A stretch of 61,322 nt of DNA, taken from positions 1-61,322 of the IMG/VR virus record IMGVR_UViG_3300029319_006288. The stretch is one strand, 5' to 3'. The translations under genes and the position numbers were made by a program. Every line of letters starts with the position of its first letter. Position 1 is the stretch's first letter. Source of the stretch: a virus (lineage: Duplodnaviria; Caudoviricetes). Positions 49,450 to 56,974 of this stretch are shown piece by piece. Under the pieces are notes generated by a model. The model saw only the letters and a list, made by a program, of their open reading frames with translations, had not been told where the DNA came from and did not search any database.

Positions 49450-51134
49450 TTAATAACCCCTTTATTTTTTAACACCTCGATTCGTTTCTGTTCCCAAGTA
49501 TTGATTCTATGTCTTTGTGCTACCATAGAATCATAAGCAATATGGAAATCAAAACCCTGTCTCTGATTTGTACCATCAAATGCCTGACTAGATTCATTAA
49601 AGTACATACCGCCAGTTGATCCCGTAGACGATTTGTAAGTTAAGTCTCTAATCATTCTAGATTCAAAAAATGTTCCCGCCCTTAATGGGTCTCTCAGAAC
49701 ATTTCCGATAAGGTACTGAGCCTGCATAGTTGGACTTACATTCTGCAATTGGTCATCTGGAATCTTATCTGCGGGTTCTAGAACTCGTGGAGGCGAAGCC
49801 CAAGTTTGCTCAATAGGTCTAATAGGAGTAGCGTCAAAGATTTGCTCCCACTTGTTTCCACTAAGGTGCCATTGGAAGTGCTTTTCAAAGTTCTTCCTTG
49901 TTCGCTTACCTTCTGCGACACGTTCTTCTTCGGTTTTATTTTGAAAGAAGTGAAGGAAATATTCCGCTGCCGCATCATTATCTGGGACAGCACGAAGACA
50001 ACCAGTCTCTAACTCTTTATAAAGTGCAGCCGGTTTAATGGGATGCCCTTGCAGTTTACGAATCTCACTCTCCATAGCAGAGTAGTCAGTTCCGCACACT
50101 GGAACACCACAAGCGGCAGCTTCTACATAGGGCAAACCAAAACCTTCAGAGTTAGCATATTGAATGTAAAGATCAAACAGGTTCTGGATTCGAGACAGAT
50201 CCTCGTAAGACGCACCATTCTTCACATTTGATAGAGTAGAGCCCCATTTTCCAGTATATGGAGACTGTGTTACAGCACCCTTAAACAAGGATGGGAATGG
50301 CTTCTTTGTCTCAGGGCAGATATAGGTGAACAAAACATGTGAAGACAAGTTGTTTTGCAAGATCAACTCTGGGATGTCCCAACCAAGATCAGGATAAGAA
50401 GTATGACAATAAAGATAATACTTCTTGCTTTCTGACTTATCCAAAAATTTCCTAAATGCTTCAAACAAATCTGGATATAGTTTACGTCGTTGATTACGCA
50501 TAACAGTTCCAAGGATTTTATACTCTGGGTCAATCCCCATAGATAGCTTGTGTGCTTTCTTGTCTTCAATGGGATGATATGCTGGATGGGCAGAAGGCGG
50601 TGAAGATCCATGATACTTAATTTTACCACCAGATTGATCTGCAAGTACAGTTCCGGCCCAATCAGAATATGTCAGACAAGCATCAGCACCAGCATATGTT
50701 GAAACCCACTGTCGTGCTTGCGGTCTAGCATCGACCGTTGGCATAATTACCCAATCGAAATAGGGTCGAAAAGGACTTCTCTCTGCGAAGTCGAGCATCC
50801 AAAAGTCTCGAATGTCGCATACAATATCAGGCAAGAAATCCAAGCAAACATGTTCAAAGATCCATTCTCCAAATTGATTTGTAGCAGATGATCCAAACGC
50901 CTGAAGTTCTTCCTGACTTGCCTTTGGTTCGCAGTCTGTGTTTGGTTGAACACCGTAAAACTTCCAAGGAATATTTGCTGCCCTTGGGTCATTTCGTTGA
51001 CCATAGGATGCCATTTCAGCAAGCTCATACTTTCCAGTAGAGTGCAAGTAATTCAAAATCTCACGAGTATAGGTAGCGTATCCAGTGTTCAGGAAGGTAG
51101 CTTCGCTACAGAACAGAATTCGTTTCTTTCTCAT
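49446..51134 (-). CDS. Large GT4 family glycosyltransferase
   Basis: LNTGYATY, GTVMRNQRRK and FDLYIQYANSEGFGLPYVEAAACGVPV. The start was moved to MRKKR at 51134 (AAGGA RBS). Confidence 0.88.
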   Translation of the reverse strand: MRKKRILFCSEATFLNTGYATYTREILNYLHSTGKYELAEMASYGQRNDPRAANIPWKFYGVQPNTDCEPKASQEELQAFGSSATNQFGEWIFEHVCLDFLPDIVCDIRDFWMLDFAERSPFRPYFDWVIMPTVDARPQARQWVSTYAGADACLTYSDWAGTVLADQSGGKIKYHGSSPPSAHPAYHPIEDKKAHKLSMGIDPEYKILGTVMRNQRRKLYPDLFEAFRKFLDKSESKKYYLYCHTSYPDLGWDIPELILQNNLSSHVLFTYICPETKKPFPSLFKGAVTQSPYTGKWGSTLSNVKNGASYEDLSRIQNLFDLYIQYANSEGFGLPYVEAAACGVPVCGTDYSAMESEIRKLQGHPIKPAALYKELETGCLRAVPDNDAAAEYFLHFFQNKTEEERVAEGKRTRKNFEKHFQWHLSGNKWEQIFDATPIRPIEQTWASPPRVLEPADKIPDDQLQNVSPTMQAQYLIGNVLRDPLRAGTFFESRMIRDLTYKSSTGSTGGMYFNESSQAFDGTNQRQGFDFHIAYDSMVAQRHRINTWEQKRIEVLKNKGVIK

Positions 51135-51135
51135 T

Positions 51136-51453
51136 TTATTCCTTGTCCAAGCATCCAAAGTCGAATTGATTAACTCTAAAAATAATATCGTCCACGGAGT
51201 CGGTTTTCATGACACCGTTTCTGGCAGAGGCGTGTACGGTCATTTTCATGCCCTTCTTTCCTAGTTTAGCGATTGCGTCTGCACCACTATCAAAGGCTTG
51301 GAAGGTCACAGTCGTTGGATAACGCTTCTTATCACCACGCTTGTTTCTTGTGTACTCGTATGTCACCAGCTTAAAAACGCAAACTGATGGGTTTTTTTCA
51401 TAACCTATATCTGGGTCAAACAATAGATACCCTGTAAAAATACAATGGTTCAT
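51136..51453 (-). CDS. ssb: Single-stranded DNA-binding protein (OB fold, short)
   Basis: MNHCIFTGYLLFDP..VFKLVT..TFQAFDSGADAIAKLGKKG follows the SSB pattern (NxVxLxGxLxxDP). AAGGAG RBS. No long acidic tail. Confidence 0.7.
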   Translation of the reverse strand: MNHCIFTGYLLFDPDIGYEKNPSVCVFKLVTYEYTRNKRGDKKRYPTTVTFQAFDSGADAIAKLGKKGMKMTVHASARNGVMKTDSVDDIIFRVNQFDFGCLDKE

Positions 51454-51464
51454 GTGTACTCCTT

Positions 51465-51493
51465 ATTATAGTCCGCTAGTCGGTTTTTCACAA
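51465..51493 (-). promoter_or_regulatory. Sigma70-type promoter TTGTGA-N17-TATAAT upstream of ssb and the glycan island
   Basis: On the minus strand, the -35 is at 51493-51488, the spacer is 17 nt and the perfect -10 is at 51470-51465, in the context GACTATAATA. Confidence 0.7.
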
Positions 51494-53059
51494 CTAAATT
51501 TCGTGAATTTTCTCAACAATAAATGAATTATCCTTTTCAATATCTCCGCAAAGCATGAGATTGGCACCTTCGTAAAGAACAAACTGGTATTTGTCTCTTG
51601 CGTCTGGGAAAATGATTACATTGTCTAGGGAGCAAGTGGCATCTTCAATTGTGAGGAACGACATGATCCGCCCTTTTTGCTTGCTATCCTTCTTGTTGAT
51701 CTTATGATTAGCTACACGTTGAACATTCGCTACAATGCAAATATCCTTACCAAACTTACCATTGGCTACTTCTTGACATGTAGTATTAGCAATTGATGCG
51801 TCGATAGCATCTGTATACTGATATGACACTGGGCAACCCAAGAGTTTAACCTCTTCTGCGATAACCCACTGTGGCTCGTCAGACATATCATATGGTGGAT
51901 TTTTTAGCATATCAATCTCACCGTACACAATCTGACTACGATTGGCGTTGCTACATCCACCACCCATTTTCTTGGTAGGAGACAGATCTCTGAAACAATC
52001 CTGTAGTTTTGACCACTTCTTTTTAGAGTAGTTCTCTGTTACCCACTTTACCTCTGCCTTTGTTAGCTCACGCCAGATGAGATACTCGTACAATGCTTGA
52101 TTTCTAGTGACACCAGTTTTCTTTGTTGAGAAGAATCCAATACCAGCAAGTGCCTTGAAAGCCGTAGACGTAATCTTGGGGGCGATGTAGATAAGCACAT
52201 CCATCCAAGTAAACTCATCAGCAGGTTTGCCCAATTCTTCTGTAGCATCACCAATAGCCTTCAAGACTTTCTCGCCAGTGACACCAGTAAGACCTTTAAC
52301 GTCACGAACTCCAAACTGAATGTCATCACCAAAGATGGCAAACTTCTCAGAGAACCTGTTTAGTTTAGGAGTCTTTACTAGTATATTGAATAGTTTAGCT
52401 TCGTTTACTAGCTCATAGATTTCCTGATGAGGATCTTGCTTTTCATTCGCATAGTACAGGTAGGACAAGAAGAACTCTTTTGTATAGTTCGCCTTGTAGT
52501 ACGCAGACCAGTACGAGTCGAGTGCGTAGGCAACGGCATGAGACTTGTTGAAAGAATAACGAGACGACTTTTCAATCCAGTCAAAAATCTGGTTTGCAGT
52601 GTCTTCATCTACAAGTCCAACCTTTTCACAGCCTTCGATGAATTGTCCACGAATCTCAGCCATGAGAGACGCTTTCTTTTTACCAATAGCTTTACGAAGA
52701 TTGTCTGCCTCCATCTCATTGAATCCCGCAGCTTTGACCGCGATGAGCATAGCCTGTTCTTGGTATACAAGCACACCATGCGTAGTCTTTAGAATTTCTT
52801 CTAGACTAGGATCAAGATAGACAACATCCTCTCTTTTATGTTTACGGTCTACAAAGTGCTGAGTCATAGACTTGCCCTCGCTAACCGCCTTCAACGTTCC
52901 GGGCCTGATGATAGCGATCAATGCCGCTAGTTCCTCAAGGTTTTCCGGTGCAACTCTTTTGGACCATGCACGACCAAGGTTACTCTCAAGTTGGAACAAG
53001 CCTTTGGTCAATCCATCTTTGTACAAGGTCCAAGCCTTTGGGTCATTTCTGTCAATCAT
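51494..53059 (-). CDS. dnaE: DNA polymerase III alpha, C-terminal half (fingers, HhH, OB)
   Basis: TKGLFQLES, LIAIIRPG, THGVLVYQEQAM, ADNLRKAIGKK, YSFNKSHAVAY, EVKLLG and OB-fold MSFLTIED..IIFP. Confidence 0.92.
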   Translation of the reverse strand: MIDRNDPKAWTLYKDGLTKGLFQLESNLGRAWSKRVAPENLEELAALIAIIRPGTLKAVSEGKSMTQHFVDRKHKREDVVYLDPSLEEILKTTHGVLVYQEQAMLIAVKAAGFNEMEADNLRKAIGKKKASLMAEIRGQFIEGCEKVGLVDEDTANQIFDWIEKSSRYSFNKSHAVAYALDSYWSAYYKANYTKEFFLSYLYYANEKQDPHQEIYELVNEAKLFNILVKTPKLNRFSEKFAIFGDDIQFGVRDVKGLTGVTGEKVLKAIGDATEELGKPADEFTWMDVLIYIAPKITSTAFKALAGIGFFSTKKTGVTRNQALYEYLIWRELTKAEVKWVTENYSKKKWSKLQDCFRDLSPTKKMGGGCSNANRSQIVYGEIDMLKNPPYDMSDEPQWVIAEEVKLLGCPVSYQYTDAIDASIANTTCQEVANGKFGKDICIVANVQRVANHKINKKDSKQKGRIMSFLTIEDATCSLDNVIIFPDARDKYQFVLYEGANLMLCGDIEKDNSFIVEKIHEI

Positions 53060-53326
53060 TTAAATTCCAATAAAATACTTCAGAGCAAAATAAGAAGCCG
53101 CTGTAACAACAAATCCAACAATAAGTCCAGTAGCAAGGCCGGTTAAATAACCATCATATGGAACGGCTATTTCTTCTGGAATGTCTTCTGGGTTTTTATC
53201 TGCACGCTTCTTTGCTTCTTGCAATGCACTGTCAGTAAACAAGTAGTCAATCTCCTTGTCTCGAATGTGCCAGTAGTAACCCTGTGCGGTCTTGTACCGA
53301 CCTTTATTTTCTACTTCTCTAAACAT
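53060..53326 (-). CDS. Small protein with C-terminal transmembrane helix (88 aa)
   Basis: GGAG RBS upstream. Hydrophobic LTGLATGLIVGFVVTAASYFAL segment. Confidence 0.65.
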   Translation of the reverse strand: MFREVENKGRYKTAQGYYWHIRDKEIDYLFTDSALQEAKKRADKNPEDIPEEIAVPYDGYLTGLATGLIVGFVVTAASYFALKYFIGI

Positions 53327-53335
53327 AATAATCTC

Positions 53336-53857
53336 CTAAATAAATATTCTTTTCCAAAACGGGGTAACTTGATTTCTTTTTGCTGAACCCAACCAATCAA
53401 TTTTGCTTTTGCCGTGTTTTGACACACTCAGCTTTTTGTCCCTATTCATTCCTTTGGTTAGATTATCTGCTGTTGTTCTTAAAAGTCCATAGCTGACCTC
53501 GTTTGCGTCCTTAACCTTTGTCAGTAAGCAGATCCCATCAATGCGATAGCACTCAGGCGGAATATACCATTGAGGATTTTTCAATGCTGTAAACTTAATG
53601 TCAAAGTCAATTCCTTTATGGCTACAATCAAGGTCGTCGCCATCTGCAAGTTTAGCTTCAAGAACTAAGTATCTCTCAAACTTAATTCCAATAATAGACT
53701 TCTCTGTTTTGGTGAGTTCCTTCATGTCAGTGAACCCTGTACGCTTCGTATCCAATGTAAAGTCTATCGCATCAAATGCTGCCTTCGCAACCTTTAAATC
53801 AAACTTTGGTATAGACAAAATATACCTTTTAATTTCTTCTAATTCACTGTCACTCAT
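53336..53857 (-). CDS. NaeI-family restriction endonuclease, catalytic domain only
   Basis: RTG..ELTKTEKSIIGIKFE..DGDDLD..GIDFDIKF..WYIPPE..ICLL..NRDKKLSVSKHG aligns by eye to the NaeI N-terminal Endo domain. At 173 aa it lacks the C-terminal domain. Confidence 0.8.
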   Translation of the reverse strand: MSDSELEEIKRYILSIPKFDLKVAKAAFDAIDFTLDTKRTGFTDMKELTKTEKSIIGIKFERYLVLEAKLADGDDLDCSHKGIDFDIKFTALKNPQWYIPPECYRIDGICLLTKVKDANEVSYGLLRTTADNLTKGMNRDKKLSVSKHGKSKIDWLGSAKRNQVTPFWKRIFI

Positions 53858-54528
53858 ACGAATAGTTTTCCGTCCGCGAACGCTTTTTCAAACTTCATGT
53901 TCCGGTAGACTGCTCGTCTGGACTTTTGCAGTTTGATCCAGATGTTTGCAGTGTCCTTAACGTCTTGGAGAGCGTCGTGAGCGTTTTCACTGGACAGTCC
54001 CATTCTTTCTCGTAAGCTATCCATACTAATAGACTTAACATTTGGATCTCCTTCTGTCCACAGCCACACATCATCCATTACGTCAATTTTATAAATTTGG
54101 TGAAAGAGTTTTTGGCACTGACGTTTGTCGTCGTATGGTCCGTATTCTTTACACAGTCTATTTACGATGTGCATATCATAACCAAGGATATTAAATCCAC
54201 ATGGAATGGGTGCGAAGAACGATGTACCTTTCCAATTATATTTGTCTACAAACGCACAGAACTTTTTCCACACACCTTTTGGAAGTGGTGCCTTGGCAAG
54301 TTTCTCTCTGGTCTGACCGGTTACTTTCAAAGCACCTTCTTCTAGCGGGTCAACGCCAGCTTTGATTGCTTTCTCGTCGTCGATAATGGGACGCATGAGA
54401 CTATTGAATTGTCCCTTGAGTCTAAAGTTCCTACCGTCAAGTGCGATAGCAGCAATCTGTGTAGGTTGACACTTGTGGGGATTACGCCCACCAGTCTCAA
54501 AGTCAAATACAATAATATCTCTATTCAT
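53854..54528 (-). CDS. DEDDh 3'-5' exonuclease (DnaQ/epsilon-like)
   Basis: ExoI VFDFETGG, ExoII GFNILGYD and ExoIII AHDALQD. Overlaps the stop of the dnaE N-half. Confidence 0.88.
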   Translation of the reverse strand: MNRDIIVFDFETGGRNPHKCQPTQIAAIALDGRNFRLKGQFNSLMRPIIDDEKAIKAGVDPLEEGALKVTGQTREKLAKAPLPKGVWKKFCAFVDKYNWKGTSFFAPIPCGFNILGYDMHIVNRLCKEYGPYDDKRQCQKLFHQIYKIDVMDDVWLWTEGDPNVKSISMDSLRERMGLSSENAHDALQDVKDTANIWIKLQKSRRAVYRNMKFEKAFADGKLFV

Positions 54529-56149
54529 TAATTAGCTCCTTGATAAACATCAATTTGTCCAATAAGTTCAACCCAAGAAGGTCAAACTTAACGTGACCTA
54601 ATGCTTCTAGGTCGTTCATTTCCAATCCCGCAATCTTCTCACCGCCACTCTTCTGATTCACCATAGGGCAAACTCTGTATAGTGGTTCGGCAGAGATGAC
54701 AACGCCAGCAGCGTGTTTTCCCTGTGTCTTAAATGTACCTTCAATATCAATAGCCTGCTGAAAGTATTCTGCAAAATCTCCCTGTAATCTACCCTCCTCG
54801 TCGATATGACAGTAGTCCATCAAATCGTCTGCACGATTCTGTAGTGTCCAGCGAATGATAGAACGATCTTCTTCGTCCATCTGCGATAGTTGGTCAGAGA
54901 TAGCAGCTTCGTCTGGAATGTACTTTGTAATCTCATTCATTTCAGCAAAACCACAAGCATCATTCACACGAAGAACTTCTTTCATCGCACTTCGCCCTTG
55001 CAGTCTACCAAACGTGAGCATCTGACTAACGTTGTCAGCACCGTATGTTTCTTTTAGTCTGGCTACAATTTCATCACGCTTATTTCCGGGAACGTCCATA
55101 TCAATATCAGGAAGAGATATATGGTCATCTGTATTACGACCCTCATTGTAGAAACGCTCAAACAGTAGATCAAACTCGATAGGGTCAATCTGTGTGATAC
55201 CAATTAGATAGGAGATAAGGCATCCAGCAGCAGAACCTCGTCCGGGTCCAACCATCCACCCTTGTTCGCGACACCAATTTAAAATGTCCCAAACGATGAG
55301 GAAATACCCAAATAGATTTGCCTTTTCAAAAACCTCAAACTCTTTTCTAAAACGGTCACCGTATACCTGACGTTCCTCTTGGCCGGTGACTTTATCACCA
55401 AGAAGTTTTTTCCAGCCATTTCTTGCCAGTTCCCGCAAGTAATCCTTCTCTGACTGTCCGTTCGGAGTCTCAAAGACTGGCAACATTGGCTTGCTCAGGA
55501 TGTTATAATTATCACACTTATTAAATATTTCCTTAAAGTCTTCCATTCGTGGGTCGTCTATAACCAGCTTGGATGACTCTAGTTTATCTTTAATGTAGAA
55601 GTCGTCTGACTCAAAGAATACTCCGTACTGATCATCTGCTTCTGATAGTCCGTTTTTCTTAACCTTACTAAGTGTAGTCTTGAGTTTACCACAAAGTACA
55701 ATTCTATGCAGTTCTGCTTGATCTTTAGTTGCATAGTGACTCTTATTAAAAGCCTCAGACCAGATATAGAAATCATCACCTGTAACGGGAGACAGAGCCT
55801 CAGAGTTGGCAATGCAGATAAGGTTGCCCTGTCGTGCGAGGCGAACCATAGTGCTGCGATCCTCATTACCATCTGCATCAATTGTAGATACAATCTCAAT
55901 GAGGTTCAGCCATCCCGCATGGTTTTTGGCAAAAAGAGCAAAGCCATCGAAAGAACAACCAATGATCGGTTTGATATCATTGTCCATGCAGGCTTTGTAA
56001 AAAGATATGGCACCGCTAATAGTCTTATAGTCAGCGATGCCGCAGGCGGGATAAGAATTCTGCTTGCACTTCTTGGCAAGATCGCTTGGCTTGGAAAAGC
56101 CATATTGTAGTGAATAGTGGGTGTAGTTCAGTAGCGGAAACCACTTCAT
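54521..56149 (-). CDS. dnaE: DNA polymerase III alpha, N-terminal half (reduced PHP, palm and thumb)
   Basis: THYSL, IKPIIGC, GPGRGSAAGCLISYLIGITQIDP, LLFERF, SLPDIDMD, GKHAAGVVIS and VKFDLLGL. All three catalytic Asp positions are present. GAGG RBS. Confidence 0.93.
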   Translation of the reverse strand: MKWFPLLNYTHYSLQYGFSKPSDLAKKCKQNSYPACGIADYKTISGAISFYKACMDNDIKPIIGCSFDGFALFAKNHAGWLNLIEIVSTIDADGNEDRSTMVRLARQGNLICIANSEALSPVTGDDFYIWSEAFNKSHYATKDQAELHRIVLCGKLKTTLSKVKKNGLSEADDQYGVFFESDDFYIKDKLESSKLVIDDPRMEDFKEIFNKCDNYNILSKPMLPVFETPNGQSEKDYLRELARNGWKKLLGDKVTGQEERQVYGDRFRKEFEVFEKANLFGYFLIVWDILNWCREQGWMVGPGRGSAAGCLISYLIGITQIDPIEFDLLFERFYNEGRNTDDHISLPDIDMDVPGNKRDEIVARLKETYGADNVSQMLTFGRLQGRSAMKEVLRVNDACGFAEMNEITKYIPDEAAISDQLSQMDEEDRSIIRWTLQNRADDLMDYCHIDEEGRLQGDFAEYFQQAIDIEGTFKTQGKHAAGVVISAEPLYRVCPMVNQKSGGEKIAGLEMNDLEALGHVKFDLLGLNLLDKLMFIKELINE

Positions 56150-56209
56150 GGTTTATCCTCTCAATGTTAAAATTCAATATTACTAAACGATTCTGAACCG
56201 CTTTACCAT

Positions 56210-56238
56210 ATTATAGTCTTATATCGACTATTTTCCAA
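56210..56238 (-). promoter_or_regulatory. Sigma70-type promoter TTGGAA-N17-TATAAT upstream of the dnaE N-half
   Basis: On the minus strand, the -35 is at 56238-56233, the spacer is 17 nt and the -10 is at 56215-56210. Same GACTATAATA context as the ssb promoter. Confidence 0.7.
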
Positions 56239-56956
56239 TGTCTTTTTTGAAAATTTGTCGAAAAAGCCTCTGTGCATCTTCAAATTGCCAAGGCTCGTCA
56301 ATGTCAATTGATCGCACCATTAGATCGTCTGGATGACTGCCATAAAGGTAGGGTTTACTACCAATATAATAATTATGTTTTAAGTAGTCTTTTTTAAGCA
56401 TAATGTGGATAGCCTGCTCCAATGTGTACCAAGTTTCTAGGTCTTGACTCCACTCATGCCACCGTCCAAAGTTATAATTTACTGGGCGACCCTTGTCGTT
56501 TAAGATGAAATGTTGTATGGGACGCACAGTTATAATAGAATCGTACTGGTTCCATTTAGTAGAGAACGCACCTTCTCGACTTTGAATCTGTCTCCAATAC
56601 TCAAATATTTTCTGATATTCGTCTGGGCCAAACAATGGCGTAGTGGCTTGTACCCAAGCGATTGATTCATCGTCTTCGGCATCTACGGATGAGACGAGTG
56701 TAGTGATAACATCTGACCAATGCATATCATCTTTTGTGTTTGCAGCATCTCTAAGGACAAACTTTGCACCCAGTTGCTCTACTTTACTTCTTTTGGATTC
56801 TTGTTCACAAAAAACATTGATGTCTGCTGCGTTGATACCCGCCTCAAGAAGTTGCCCAATCTTGATTTCAACTAAACATTTTCCATCCACAAATTCACGC
56901 CAGTTCTTATTTAAAGTCCTAGAACTGTTACACTTTGCTGGAATGATAACCTTCAT
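56228..56956 (-). CDS. Acylneuraminate (nonulosonate) cytidylyltransferase, NeuA/PseF-like
   Basis: VIIPAKCNSSRTLNKN, WVQATTPL, SQDL and SIDIDEPWQFEDA. AGGAGG RBS. Confidence 0.82.
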   Translation of the reverse strand: MKVIIPAKCNSSRTLNKNWREFVDGKCLVEIKIGQLLEAGINAADINVFCEQESKRSKVEQLGAKFVLRDAANTKDDMHWSDVITTLVSSVDAEDDESIAWVQATTPLFGPDEYQKIFEYWRQIQSREGAFSTKWNQYDSIITVRPIQHFILNDKGRPVNYNFGRWHEWSQDLETWYTLEQAIHIMLKKDYLKHNYYIGSKPYLYGSHPDDLMVRSIDIDEPWQFEDAQRLFRQIFKKDIGK

Positions 56957-56974
56957 AATATCCTCCTAAAATCA

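Noticed and set aside
32841-51134. Host O-antigen or capsule locus (bacterial chromosome or serotype conversion)
   Set aside because: No Wzx/Wzy/Wzz, ABC exporter, priming transferase or GtrABC-type membrane proteins are present. The island is coupled to phage replication and recombination genes and shares the CCWGG avoidance.
53060-54520. Group I intron or intein explaining the dnaE interruption
   Set aside because: The gap is filled by three coupled ORFs with almost no non-coding room for a ribozyme core. Neither dnaE half has intein splice motifs, and each has its own stop or start.
56184-56208. Micro-ORF MVKRFRIV on the minus strand upstream of dnaE
   Set aside because: Its ATG lies 1 nt after the predicted -10 box, so it would not be in that transcript. 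It has no RBS and is probably chance.
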